Of a DNA stretch of 64,000 nt, positions 21,222 to 34,084 are shown piece by piece. Where the stretch lies: the NCBI GenBank assembly GCA_033762915.1, contig JANRLD010000098.1, positions 1-64,000 on the forward strand, in the 5' to 3' direction. Under the pieces are notes generated by a model, which had not been told where the DNA came from, ran no database searches, and saw only the letters and a list, made by a program, of their open reading frames with translations. The stretch is from Meiothermus sp. Its GTDB lineage: Bacteria > Deinococcota > Deinococci > Deinococcales > Thermaceae. The stretch's first letter is position 1; the number at the start of each line of letters is the position of its first letter. Both the position numbers and the translations under genes were made by a program.

Positions 21222-21740
21222 ATGTTGTCAAGGCTTCTAACAGCAGCAACCTTACTGGGGCTTACAGGGTTCTTTATGGTGGGAGCGCAGCAGACTGCCC
21301 TTCCGGTCTGGCCAGGCATCACCACCCCCGACGACAAGCCCAACGGATGTGTGGACTGCCACCGTCAGACCGCCACCCGCGACCTGAGACTTACCACCAC
21401 CCTGCGACTGTGGGCCAGCCAGGGCAGCCCAAAGGAGGCGATCAGCGTTGCCCAGGCGGTGTTTCCTCGGGCCACCGTTCTAACCGGCCGGCACCCCGAA
21501 GTCAGCCAGATCATCACCACCGGGGCTGTCCCGATCCCCACCCAGTGCATCGCCTGCCACAAGAGCCAGGGGCGATCCATCACCTCGGTGATTCATCTGC
21601 TACACCTTAGCCAGAACCCCAACTTTGTTAGTGGCAGGTCTACGTTTTCCGAGCGCAGCGGCAACAACTGCACCAGCTGCCATACTGTAAACGTCGACTC
21701 CGGGGCCATGACCATCAAGGCCGGTACCGAGGCCAGGTAG
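21222..21740 (+). CDS. Exported triheme c-type cytochrome
   Basis: Signal peptide; three CxxCH motifs (CVDCH, CIACH, CTSCH); extra His residues (GRHP, IHLLH); GGAGG RBS. Confidence 0.85.
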   Translation: MLSRLLTAATLLGLTGFFMVGAQQTALPVWPGITTPDDKPNGCVDCHRQTATRDLRLTTTLRLWASQGSPKEAISVAQAVFPRATVLTGRHPEVSQIITTGAVPIPTQCIACHKSQGRSITSVIHLLHLSQNPNFVSGRSTFSERSGNNCTSCHTVNVDSGAMTIKAGTEAR

Positions 21741-21747
21741 CCCGAGC

Positions 21748-22452
21748 TTAGCCCAGTTGGGGCAGGTCGGATATTCGCCACAGCCCCAGGGACTTGTCGG
21801 CGTAGGCTCCGTCCTCCTCGATGCAGTTCTCGTTGATTAGAGCTACCGGTTCGGACAGGTTGAACGGGGCCTTCTGTAGGTTCACGGGCCGCCAGTCTGC
21901 GTCCATGCAGTCTATGTTGTAGCTGAGGCCGGGGAAGGTGGTGGTGAGGAGGTAGGTGGAGCCGCTGCGCCTGAGGTTGGCAAAGGCAGCAAAGACGGTT
22001 GCGTAAGAGAAATGCACCAGGCAGTCGCGGCATAACACCACGTCAGCCCTGGGCAGGTCGGAGGCGGTCAGATCGAGCAGGGCGAACTCACGCCCGGGGC
22101 CCCCAAAACTGGCCTGATTTCGTGCCACCAGCGCCTCGACGATATCGCCGCCGATATACCTAATCCCGCCCAGGTCGACATGCCGCATCCAGCCGAAGTC
22201 GCCGCAGGGCAGGTCGAGCAGGGTTCTGGCCTCGAGTCGCTCCAGCAGGCGGGGAATCTCTGTACGAAGGGTGCGGGTGGCCGAGAGTTCGGAGCCCACC
22301 CCCGAATCGGATTGTTCGCTGCCCCAGAGATTGACCCGGTGGATGTAGCCGAAGCGCTCGGCCAGGGAAAGCGGCTCGAGGGCATCGGTGTGCTCGCCGA
22401 AACGGCGGTTGGCCAGGGCCGGGGGGCGTTCGGGGTGACCGTTGGTGGACAT
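21748..22452 (-). CDS. Class I SAM-dependent methyltransferase
   Basis: SGVGS, LLDLPCGD, YIGGDIV, CRDCLVH; ATG 6 nt after TACCCT. Confidence 0.85.
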   Translation of the reverse strand: MSTNGHPERPPALANRRFGEHTDALEPLSLAERFGYIHRVNLWGSEQSDSGVGSELSATRTLRTEIPRLLERLEARTLLDLPCGDFGWMRHVDLGGIRYIGGDIVEALVARNQASFGGPGREFALLDLTASDLPRADVVLCRDCLVHFSYATVFAAFANLRRSGSTYLLTTTFPGLSYNIDCMDADWRPVNLQKAPFNLSEPVALINENCIEEDGAYADKSLGLWRISDLPQLG

Positions 22453-22682
22453 CAGACCAGGGTACAAGATGTTGGGTTTTTCGGTCTTAACTTGCTGAGG
22501 TCCTCGAGACCGGGGACTGGCGCTGCCAGGTGGGGGCAGGTAGGTCTGACTGCACTGGGGAGAATACACGTGGGTTGAGGAAGAAGCAGTTGCGTCAGTG
22601 CGGCAACTCACGGACACTTGGGGGCGACATCCCTACATCAACTGTCGCGTCACTTGGTTTACCACAGCCGCAGTGTGGATTC

Positions 22683-22776
22683 ACAGCGGTTCCCACCATT
22701 ACGCCTCACGCGGTTAAGCGTAATGTACCCCGTACATCCGAGTCTCTGCGTGCGTGGTATTTCTGGGAACCGCTGT
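22683..22776 (-). repeat. Dispersed palindromic element, copy B (divergent)
   Basis: Perfect 13-bp terminal inverted repeat ACAGCGGTTCCCA/TGGGAACCGCTGT enclosing two hairpins. Confidence 0.7.
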
Positions 22777-22943
22777 CACTACCCCGCAACCTCCGGGGAG
22801 CGGGGACAGTGCTTCCCCGGTGGGTTTGGACAACGCTTTCATCTGCCCTTCGCGGGTTAGGGGTGGACACCACCTCCCTGCAAGGCCACCCCTGCGCAAG
22901 CCCGGAATGGGACGCACTCGGGCGGCAGGGCAAGACCTATGCG

Positions 22944-24310
22944 CTATGCGGGAGGCACTGCGCCGTCAGCACCCAGTCTGGACTGCATCATGCGGAGGAA
23001 AACCTGGGTTACATGGGGGTCGAACTGCGAGCCCGAGTGTCGCTCGAGGTAGGTCAGCGCTTGATCGGGCGTCCAGGCCTTGCGGTAGGGCCGGTCGGAG
23101 GTCAGGGCATCGTAGACGTCCACCACCGCAAACAGACGGGCCGACAGGGGGATCTCCTCGCCGCGCAGCCCGCGGGGGTAGCCCGCACCGTCCCAGCGCT
23201 CGTGGTGGGCGTAGGGAATCTCGAGCGCGGACGCCAAAAAGGGGACGCTTGAGAGCCACTGGTAGGCATAGATCGGGTGCAACCGCATGACCTGCCACTC
23301 GTCCTCGGTGAGTGCGCCGGGTTTGAGCAAGATCGCATCGGGCACCCCGATTTTGCCTACGTCGTGGAGCAGGGCTCCGCGCCGCAGGTGTTGCTCCGAG
23401 TCCTCAAGGCCCAGAGTTTCGGCCAGCTCGAGGGTCAGCCCGGTAACCCGTTCGGTGTGGCCCTGGGTCTCCTGGTCGCGCAAGTCGAGCGCCCGCACCC
23501 ACCCCTCGAGGGTCTTCTCGTAGGCCTCGTTCAGCTCGCCGTAGGCCGAGCGCAGCCGGGACTCGGCCTCGAATCGCTCGCGCATGTCGCGGGCGATGAC
23601 CAGAGCTGCGGTCCCCCCCGCGAAGGGCACGGCCCCCACTGTCACCTCGGCCGGGATTTCATGGCCGTCCGAGCTCAAAAACGCTGTCTCAACGCGCTGG
23701 CGGGCCAGGTCCCCGCCCAGAACGGCCATCAGGCACCCTAGGCATTCCGCCTGATGTGCCGGGGCTACCCTGGCCAGCATCGGGTGGGCTTGGAGTTGGT
23801 CGAGGTTGCCCACCCCCAGCAAGGCCATAAACGTGGGGTTGGCCAGCACGATGCGTCCATCTTTTCCCACCAGCGCAACGCCGACGGGCGACAGCTCGAA
23901 GAGCTGCTGGTAGCGCGCCCGCTCCTCGTGCAGCAGGCGGAAACGATTAAGCCGCACGGTGGTGCGCAGCCGGGCGCGCAGCTCGAGGCTGTCCACCGGC
24001 TTGCTCAGGAAGTCGTCGGCCCCGGCCTCGAGGCCGCGAAGGCGCGACTCCCGGTCGTCGAGGGCGGTAACCATCAGGATCGGCACCTCGCTCAATCGGG
24101 GGTCAAGGCGCAGCTTTCGGCAGACCTCGAAGCCGTCCAGACCGGGCATCATCACGTCCAGCAGGATGGCGTCGGGCAGCAGGCGCTGGGCCTTTTCGAT
24201 GGCCTGCGGACCGTCGGAGGCGAACTCCAGACGGTACGGCTCGCGCGCCAGCAGGGCGGCCAGGGCTTTTGCATTGTAGGGGTCGTCCTCGGCGATCAGC
24301 ACACAAGCGC

Positions 24311-24314
<4 letters not shown>
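22944..24314 (-). CDS. REC-PAS-HD-GYP response regulator (putative c-di-GMP phosphodiesterase)
   Basis: REC LLDVMMP, PAS segment, LHDVGKIG, HHERWDGAGYP. Confidence 0.92.
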
Positions 24315-27325
<3,011 letters not shown>

Positions 27326-27384
27326 CGATTCATAATAAGCCAACCCACAGTTTCGCAACCACACCTTTGACGGTCGCTTCGGCG

Positions 27385-28731
27385 TTACAGCTTGCGCAAG
27401 TCGGCCACGCGCTTGAGCTTGCCCCCCTCGCTGCGGGGTGCGCTGCCGGGGTTGATCAGCGAGACCCGCACCGACACCCCCACGTTGTCCTTGATCTTCT
27501 TGCCGACCTTCTCGCGCACCTGGCTCAGCCGGTGGTCGGCCTCGATCACCTCGTCGGAGAGCATCTTCTGCCCGACTTCGCGAAAGAAAGGCTCGGAGAC
27601 CTCGAGTTTGAGCTCCACTTCGTCCATGGTTCCCTCGCGGGTCAGGACGATCTGGTAATGCGGCTCCACCTCGGCGATCTCGCTGAGGACGGCCTCGAGT
27701 TGGGTCGGGTAGAGATTAACCCCCCGCACGATCAGCATGTCGTCGCTGCGCCCCCGGATCTGGGCCATGCGGGCGTGGGTGCGGCCTGAGGCCCCTGGCT
27801 CACGGGTGATGTAGGTGAGGTCGCCGGTCCAGTAGCGCAGAATGGGCATGGCCTTCTTGGTCAGGGTGGTGAACACCAGCACCCCCGTCTCGCCCTCGGG
27901 CAGCGGGTCGCCGGTCTCGGGGTCTACGATCTCGGGATAGAAGTGATCCTCCCAGATGTAAGAGAGGCCTCCCCGCTCGTCTACGTCCTCGTTTGAGACC
28001 CCCGGCCCCATGATCTCGGAGAGGCCGTAGATGTTGGTGGCCCGCACCCCCAGCCCCTCGTCCACGCTGCGGCGGATGGCCTCTGTCCACGGCTCCGCGC
28101 CCAGGATGGCGTACTTCAGGCTGAGTTCTTCGGGCATTACCCCGCGCCGCTTGAACTCCTCCGCTAGGGTCTGGGCGTAGCTGGGCGTGGCCGAGATCAT
28201 CTCGGGCTTGAAGTCCTGGATCAGCATGATCTGCCGGTCGGTCATGCCGCCGGAGATCGGCACCACGTTCATGCCCAGCCTCTCAGCCCCGCCGTGCAGC
28301 CCCAGCCCCCCGGTGAACAGCCCGTAGCCGTAGGCGTTGTGCAGCATCATTCCCGGCTTGCCGCCCGCCGCCGCCAGCGACCGCGCCACCACCTCGGCGA
28401 AGATGTCCAGGTCGCCCCGGGTGTAGCCCACTACAGTCGGCTTGCCGGTGGTGCCCGACGAGGCGTGTATCCGGGCCAGTTCTTCGCGACCTACCGCGAA
28501 CATCCCGAAAGGATAGGTGTCGCGCAGGTCTTTCTTGCGGGTGAACGGCAGCTTGTGCAGGTCTTCGATGCTCTGGATGTCAGAGGGCCTGAGGCCCTTC
28601 TGGTCCAGACTCTGCCGGTAAAAGGGCACCCGCTCGTAGACGTAGGCGACCTGCTCGCGCAGCCGCTCGGATTGGAGGGCGGTGAGCCTTGGGCGGGGGA
28701 GGGTCTCGAGTTCGGGCTGGAAAATGGGCAT
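27385..28731 (-). CDS. paaK: Phenylacetate--CoA ligase
   Basis: HASSGTTGKPTVVGYT, YGYGLFTGGLG, YGLSEIMGPGV, GRSDDMLIVRGVN. Confidence 0.96.
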   Translation of the reverse strand: MPIFQPELETLPRPRLTALQSERLREQVAYVYERVPFYRQSLDQKGLRPSDIQSIEDLHKLPFTRKKDLRDTYPFGMFAVGREELARIHASSGTTGKPTVVGYTRGDLDIFAEVVARSLAAAGGKPGMMLHNAYGYGLFTGGLGLHGGAERLGMNVVPISGGMTDRQIMLIQDFKPEMISATPSYAQTLAEEFKRRGVMPEELSLKYAILGAEPWTEAIRRSVDEGLGVRATNIYGLSEIMGPGVSNEDVDERGGLSYIWEDHFYPEIVDPETGDPLPEGETGVLVFTTLTKKAMPILRYWTGDLTYITREPGASGRTHARMAQIRGRSDDMLIVRGVNLYPTQLEAVLSEIAEVEPHYQIVLTREGTMDEVELKLEVSEPFFREVGQKMLSDEVIEADHRLSQVREKVGKKIKDNVGVSVRVSLINPGSAPRSEGGKLKRVADLRKL

Positions 28732-28796
28732 GACTTACCTCGCAGGGTGGGGTGGTCTGGTCGCGGATGCACGTCGTGAAGGGCTGTAGGGCGGGT

Positions 28797-29354
28797 TCAT
28801 GGGTCCCTTCCACGGTCCTCGCCGCCCAGCGGCAGAATCAGGTGGGTGTGAATAGAGCGGTCGACCTTTAGGTACAAGCAGAGGTGGTCAATGCTCACCT
28901 GCCGGTCGAATGCTCGCCCTAGGTACTGGGATTGAACAGCCTCGAGCTGCTCCGCCGTCAGCGGCTCCCACATCACAGTGGCGTGGAAGTGAAACCGGTT
29001 GCCGTCGTAGTCGTTAAGCGGGAGGTTGAGGTCTCTAGTTACCCGGTGATGAAGGGGCATCAGCATCTCCTGCTCGGCCACGTCGAGATACAGCACACAC
29101 GCTTCGCCCGGATTGGCCCAGAGCTTGAGGTCGGTCAGGGTGACGCGGAGGGGGTCGAGCGAGGCCGCGAGTTGGGCGGCGTAGCGCTCGAGGTGCCCCA
29201 AGTCTATGGTCTCGAAGCCGCTTCGCAGCGACAGGTGCGGGGCATTGTGGGCAGAGTTCATCTCAATCCCGCACTGCTGGTACAGCTCGAGCGAGACCCG
29301 CCGCATCCAGTTGTGGACGGGCCAGTCCAGCAGGAGGGTCAGAACAGCATTCAT
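28797..29354 (-). CDS. 2H phosphoesterase / 2'-5' RNA ligase family protein
   Basis: Two HxS/T motifs (PHLSL, FHATV); ATGA overlap with the upstream GNAT. Confidence 0.75.
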   Translation of the reverse strand: MNAVLTLLLDWPVHNWMRRVSLELYQQCGIEMNSAHNAPHLSLRSGFETIDLGHLERYAAQLAASLDPLRVTLTDLKLWANPGEACVLYLDVAEQEMLMPLHHRVTRDLNLPLNDYDGNRFHFHATVMWEPLTAEQLEAVQSQYLGRAFDRQVSIDHLCLYLKVDRSIHTHLILPLGGEDRGRDP

Positions 29355-29833
29355 AGCTCGAGCTTGAACCCCTCGTGGCTGCGTTTGAAGCCCAGACGCT
29401 CGTAGAAGCGGTGGGCATCTAGGCGGGACTTGCTGGAGGTGAGTTGGGCCATGCGTGCACCCTTGCTGCGGGCATAGTCCACCGCCCACCTCACCAGCGC
29501 CTCGCCCAGCCGCTGCCCGCGCAGCCGCTCGGCAATCTGCACAGCCTCGATCTGCGCCCGCACGGCGCCCTTGTAGGTGAGCCCCTGGATGAAGGTCAGC
29601 TGTAAGGCCCCGATCACCAGACCGTTTTGCTCGAGCACCGCGTAAAACTGGTTGGGGTCGGCGTTGATGCTCTCGAAAGCCCCATAGTACAACTCCGGAA
29701 GTGGGTCGGTATAGGCCTCCCTGGTTCGCCCCAGCACGTCCTCAGAGTGCAGCTTTACGATGGCAGGCACGTCGGCTCGAGTCGCCCTTCGGATTATGCC
29801 CCGGTTGTCTGGGAGAGGAAACACCTCACTCAT
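29351..29833 (-). CDS. GNAT N-acetyltransferase
   Basis: RRATRADVPAI, motif A LRGQRLGEAL, AHRFYERLGF. Confidence 0.9.
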   Translation of the reverse strand: MSEVFPLPDNRGIIRRATRADVPAIVKLHSEDVLGRTREAYTDPLPELYYGAFESINADPNQFYAVLEQNGLVIGALQLTFIQGLTYKGAVRAQIEAVQIAERLRGQRLGEALVRWAVDYARSKGARMAQLTSSKSRLDAHRFYERLGFKRSHEGFKLEL

Positions 29834-29871
29834 GCGCGCCACCTTCGTCCTTTGCCTTCAACCCCCCTACC

Positions 29872-30621
29872 TCACAGCGCCGTCATCCCCCCGTCCACTG
29901 CCAGCACCTGCCCGGTGACGTAGTCCGAGGCCGGGCTGCACAGGTAAAGCGCCGCCGCCGCCAATTCGCCGGTTCTCCCGATGCGCCCCAGCGGGGTGCG
30001 CTCGACCACCATCTGCTCCATTCGCGGCAGCAGCTTCTCGGTCATGCGGGTGGGGAAGAATCCGGGGGCCAGGGCGTTGACCCGAATGCCGTGGCGGCCC
30101 CACTTAACCGCAAGGTCTCGGGTCAGCGCGATCATCCCGCCCTTGGAGGCCGAGTAGGCCGCCGCGTCCAGCACTTCCGGCGGGCTGCCCCCCAGGCCGG
30201 CCACCGAGGCGATGTTGAGGATCTTCCCGTAGCCCCGCTCCTTCATGCCCCGAGCCGCAAGCCTCGAGGCCAGGAACGCCCCGGTGATGTTGATGTCCAA
30301 CACCTCGCGGACTTTTTCCACCGGCACCTCGAGGGCGTCCTGCCCCCAGGTCACCCCCGCCGCGTTGACCAGAATCGAAACCTCGCCCAGTTGGGCAAAA
30401 GCGGCCTCGAGGGTCTTCTCGTCCTGCACGTTGCCGACAATTGGGGTGGCGTCGGGGATCCATTTCAGGGCTTCCTCAAAAAAGCCTTCTCGCCGCGCCA
30501 TCAGCGCCACTTTCGCTCCTGCCTCGCGCAGCCCGAAGGCGATCTCGAGACCCAGCCCGCGAGACCCGCCCGTAATCAACGCGGTCGCACCCTCGAGATT
30601 GAACTGATCCATTATTTTCAT
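29872..30621 (-). CDS. SDR oxidoreductase (gluconate 5-dehydrogenase-like)
   Basis: TGGSRGLG, NAAG, YSASK, NALAPGFF. Confidence 0.92.
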   Translation of the reverse strand: MKIMDQFNLEGATALITGGSRGLGLEIAFGLREAGAKVALMARREGFFEEALKWIPDATPIVGNVQDEKTLEAAFAQLGEVSILVNAAGVTWGQDALEVPVEKVREVLDINITGAFLASRLAARGMKERGYGKILNIASVAGLGGSPPEVLDAAAYSASKGGMIALTRDLAVKWGRHGIRVNALAPGFFPTRMTEKLLPRMEQMVVERTPLGRIGRTGELAAAALYLCSPASDYVTGQVLAVDGGMTAL

Positions 30622-30639
30622 GGGTAGATGATACCTTGC

Positions 30640-31017
30640 TCAGCCGTCCGCGCCGACCCGGAAGACCGTGCCCCCGAACAGCGCAACCAGGTGCTCGCCC
30701 CGCCGGATCTCGATGCGGTAGGTTGCGGCCCTGCGGCCCAGGTTTTCCTCGCTGGCAACGGCCTCGAGGTGGTCCCCCTGGCGAACGGCCTTGAAGTACT
30801 GCATGTTGGTGCTTAGCGCCACCGCCGCCACCCCATGGGAGTTGGAGGCCAGCGCAAAAGCTGCGTCGGCCAGACTGTACAGGAAGCCGCCGTGACAGGT
30901 TCCGTGGAGGTTGAGGTGCTCGGCCCTCACCTCGGCCGACAGGACAGCGCGGCCCGGCTCGAGCGCAACGACCTCGAGGCCCAGCAGCCGCATGTAGTTG
31001 TCCTGAACGGCGTCCAT
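30640..31017 (-). CDS. paaI: Phenylacetyl-CoA thioesterase PaaI
   Basis: Hotdog motif HLNLHGTCHGGFLYSLADAAFALASNS; paa context. Confidence 0.92.
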   Translation of the reverse strand: MDAVQDNYMRLLGLEVVALEPGRAVLSAEVRAEHLNLHGTCHGGFLYSLADAAFALASNSHGVAAVALSTNMQYFKAVRQGDHLEAVASEENLGRRAATYRIEIRRGEHLVALFGGTVFRVGADG

Positions 31018-31037
31018 GAACCCGAACAGAATACTAT

Positions 31038-31051
31038 CGAACGTTCGTTAG
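31038..31051. promoter_or_regulatory. PaaR operator upstream of paaI
   Basis: CGAACGTTCGTTAG matches the Thermus PaaR consensus CNAACGNNCGTTNG; abuts the minus-strand -10 TAGTAT (31031-31036). Confidence 0.75.
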
Positions 31052-31286
31052 GTACAGTGCCCTCGAGGTCGGGACCCACAGGATGTTTATCCGCCGTCCG
31101 GGTAGACGGCCGGGCTAACCTGCCATGGATGGACCGGTTGTGCCTCTGGCATCCGCCCAGGCACGTATTTGTCGCTTCCGCCGATTCTGCACTTCTACCC
31201 TGGCGCAAGAAATGCCGCCACCGAAGGCCAGGGCCAGGAGTTTGATTGCTGGTCGACAGTAGCTAAGGCTCACTCGAGAAGGGTGC

Positions 31287-32018
31287 TCAAACCCCTTCTT
31301 TTTGCCGAATGCCCAGATAGGAGTCGATCACCCGCTGGTCCACCAGCAGGTCAGAGCCCTTGCCCTGCATCACCAACTCGCCCGCCTCGAGCACGTATCC
31401 CTGGTCGGCCAGTTTTAGCGCCACGCGGGCGTTCTGCTCTACCACCAGAATCGGCACGCCTTCTTTCTTTAGCTCGCCCAGAATCCTGAATATTTCTTGC
31501 ACGATAAGCGGAGCCAGACCAAGGCTGGGCTCGTCGAGCAAGAGCAGTTTGGGCTTGGCCATCAGCGCCCGACCGACCGCAAGCATTTGCTGCTCGCCCC
31601 CGGACATGGTTCCGGCCAGCTGCCTGCGCCGCTCCAAAAGTCTGGGGAAAATGCCATAAACGCGATCGAGGTCTTCCCTGATCCCCTTCTCGCGCCGCTG
31701 GAAGCGGGTGAAAGCCCCCAGCAGAAGGTTGTCCTCAACCTCCATCGAGGCGAACAGCTCGCGCTTTTCCGGCACCATGATGATTCCACGGGCGGCCAGC
31801 GCCTCGGGGCTGCGGTTACGCAGTTCTTCACCCTGATACTTAACCGATCCCGCGCCGTTGACCAGCCCGATGATCCCCCTGAGCGTACTGCTCTTGCCGG
31901 CTCCGTTCGGCCCGATCAAGGTAATGGCCTCACCCGGTCCCACGGTCAACGAGAGTCCGCGTACGGCCTCAACAGCGCCATAGCGTACGGTCAGGTTGGT
32001 GACCTCCAGGACGCTCAT
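31287..32018 (-). CDS. livF: Branched-chain amino acid-type ABC ATPase (LivF-like)
   Basis: GPNGAGKS, MSGGEQQML, LLLDEPSLGLAP. Confidence 0.9.
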   Translation of the reverse strand: MSVLEVTNLTVRYGAVEAVRGLSLTVGPGEAITLIGPNGAGKSSTLRGIIGLVNGAGSVKYQGEELRNRSPEALAARGIIMVPEKRELFASMEVEDNLLLGAFTRFQRREKGIREDLDRVYGIFPRLLERRRQLAGTMSGGEQQMLAVGRALMAKPKLLLLDEPSLGLAPLIVQEIFRILGELKKEGVPILVVEQNARVALKLADQGYVLEAGELVMQGKGSDLLVDQRVIDSYLGIRQKEGV

Positions 32019-32136
32019 ACGTGCCCCCATAATCCCTCGAGAGACATGGGCCTGGGGCCGAGCACCCAGAGGCGAGATATGGCGGCCAGCACTGGGCCCC
32101 GGGAAATCGAAGTTTGTCCTGCTCCCCTCGCCTTAC

Positions 32137-33960
32137 TCACGCCGCCACCCCCAGGTACGCCTCGATCACCTTGGGGTTGCGTTGTACTTCGGCGGGCGTG
32201 CCCTCGGCCAGCTTTTCGCCGTAGTGCATCACCACCAGATGATCTACCAGACCCATCACCAGGTCCATGTCATGGTCTACCAACAGCACCGTCACGCCCT
32301 CGTTGACGAGCTTGCGGATCAGGGCGGCGAACTGGCGTTTCTCGCCCGCGCGCAGCCCGGCGGCGGGCTCGTCGAGCAGCAGAACTTCGGGATCTGAGGC
32401 CAGGGCTCGAGCAATCTCCAGAAGCCGCAATTGCCCTATCGCCAGGCCGTCGGCCTTCTGGTGTGCGATGTGATCAAGCCCAACCCGCTTTAGTGCCTGG
32501 AACGCCTCCACCATGGCGGCGTTCTCTTCGGCGCGGTCCAGGGCCAGGAGCGACTGGGTGATGCCGGCCCGGGTCCGTGCGTAGGTTCCTAGGGCGGCGT
32601 TCTCGAGGACGGTCATCTCGGGAAACAGATGGGGGTGCTGGAAGGTGCGCGAGAGGCCCAGCTTATGCACTTCGTGAGGTGCCTTTCCGGTGATATCGCG
32701 GCCCTTGAAGAAGACCTTGCCCTCGGTGGGCTGGTAGACCGAGGTGATCATGTTGAAGCAGGTGGATTTGCCCGCCCCGTTCGGCCCTATCAGGCCCATG
32801 ATTTCACCGCGCCGGAGCTGGAAACTCACCTTGTTGTTGGCCACCAACCCGCCGAAGCGCTTGGTGAGGTCGCGCACCTCGAGCACCACCTCGCCCGGCG
32901 GCTTGCCCCCAGCCCCACTCGGGTTTCCGGCCTCGCCCGCGGGTGCGGGGCTCGGAGAGTTTGTGCCGGCTGCCCGGGCCAGCCCAACGCCCTCTGGACT
33001 CTTCCGATTCGGCTGGGGCAAGTAGCGCTCCACGAACGGCCACAAACCCTTTGGGGCGAACATCAGGATCAGCACCAGGATTAGGCCGTAGAAGATGATC
33101 TCATAATTTCCGGTCTGACCGAAGATACGCGGCAGCACCACCTTGAGCATCTCCTCGAGTCCCGTGACCAGACCCGAACCCAGGATCACACCGGGGATAC
33201 TGCCCACACCGCCCGCCACGGCGGCGATGAGGTACTTAATCGAGCTGTCAAGGCTGAAGGGCGTCGGGCTGATGAACTTCTGGTAGTGGACGTACAGCCA
33301 GCCCGCCAGCCCAGCGAACAGCGCCGAGAGCATGAAGACCTGCACTTTGAGGGTCGCGGGGTTGACCCCGAAGCTGGCCGCAGCGATGGCGTCCCCCTTG
33401 GAGGCCCGCATGGCCCGACCGGTGCGGCTGTTGGTCAGGTTCCAGGCCATCCAGGCCCCCACCAACACGAAAAACCAGGCCAGGTAGAAGAAGCTCCTCG
33501 AGTCGTTGAGCTGCCAGCCGAAAACGGAGATGGGCGGAATCCCCCGCAAGCCAGTGTGCCCACCGGTCAGCCCGATCCAACTGCCCATCAGGATGAACAG
33601 CGCGAAGCACCAGGCGATTGTGGAGAGCGGCAAGTAGTGGCCCTTGAGTCGGGCGGTGATCCCGCCCAGCAAGAAGGCCCCGCCCACCGAGATCAGGAGT
33701 CCCAGCGGCAGCGTCAGCCAGGGGTTCCAACCCTGATTAACCGTCAGCAGCGCCGAGGTGTAGGCCGACAAGCCCATAAACGCCGCCTGGCCGAAGCTGG
33801 TCATCCCCGAGAGCCCGGTCAGCAGATACAGCCCCAGCGCCACCAGCGCCCCGAACGCTATGTAGTTGCCCAGCGTGAGGTAGAAGCTCGAGGCCGGCAG
33901 CAAGAGTGGCAGCACCAGCAAGACCGCGACGGCCCCGAGCGTAAGGGGAGAAAGTCTCAT
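32137..33960 (-). CDS. Fused ABC permease/ATPase (LivM-LivG fusion)
   Basis: SFGQAAFMG permease half, Pro/Gly linker, then GPNGAGKS...LLLDEPAAG. Confidence 0.9.
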   Translation of the reverse strand: MRLSPLTLGAVAVLLVLPLLLPASSFYLTLGNYIAFGALVALGLYLLTGLSGMTSFGQAAFMGLSAYTSALLTVNQGWNPWLTLPLGLLISVGGAFLLGGITARLKGHYLPLSTIAWCFALFILMGSWIGLTGGHTGLRGIPPISVFGWQLNDSRSFFYLAWFFVLVGAWMAWNLTNSRTGRAMRASKGDAIAAASFGVNPATLKVQVFMLSALFAGLAGWLYVHYQKFISPTPFSLDSSIKYLIAAVAGGVGSIPGVILGSGLVTGLEEMLKVVLPRIFGQTGNYEIIFYGLILVLILMFAPKGLWPFVERYLPQPNRKSPEGVGLARAAGTNSPSPAPAGEAGNPSGAGGKPPGEVVLEVRDLTKRFGGLVANNKVSFQLRRGEIMGLIGPNGAGKSTCFNMITSVYQPTEGKVFFKGRDITGKAPHEVHKLGLSRTFQHPHLFPEMTVLENAALGTYARTRAGITQSLLALDRAEENAAMVEAFQALKRVGLDHIAHQKADGLAIGQLRLLEIARALASDPEVLLLDEPAAGLRAGEKRQFAALIRKLVNEGVTVLLVDHDMDLVMGLVDHLVVMHYGEKLAEGTPAEVQRNPKVIEAYLGVAA

Positions 33961-34084
33961 CGGCCGCTCCATTGGGGTGCGAAGGCTGACGCTTTGGGGG
34001 TCGAGTGGCTGACCACGGACGGCCGAAGGCTGAGGGCCAACAGCCCGACCCGCTGGTTCAACCGATGTTCTCCAACCTCCGGCA

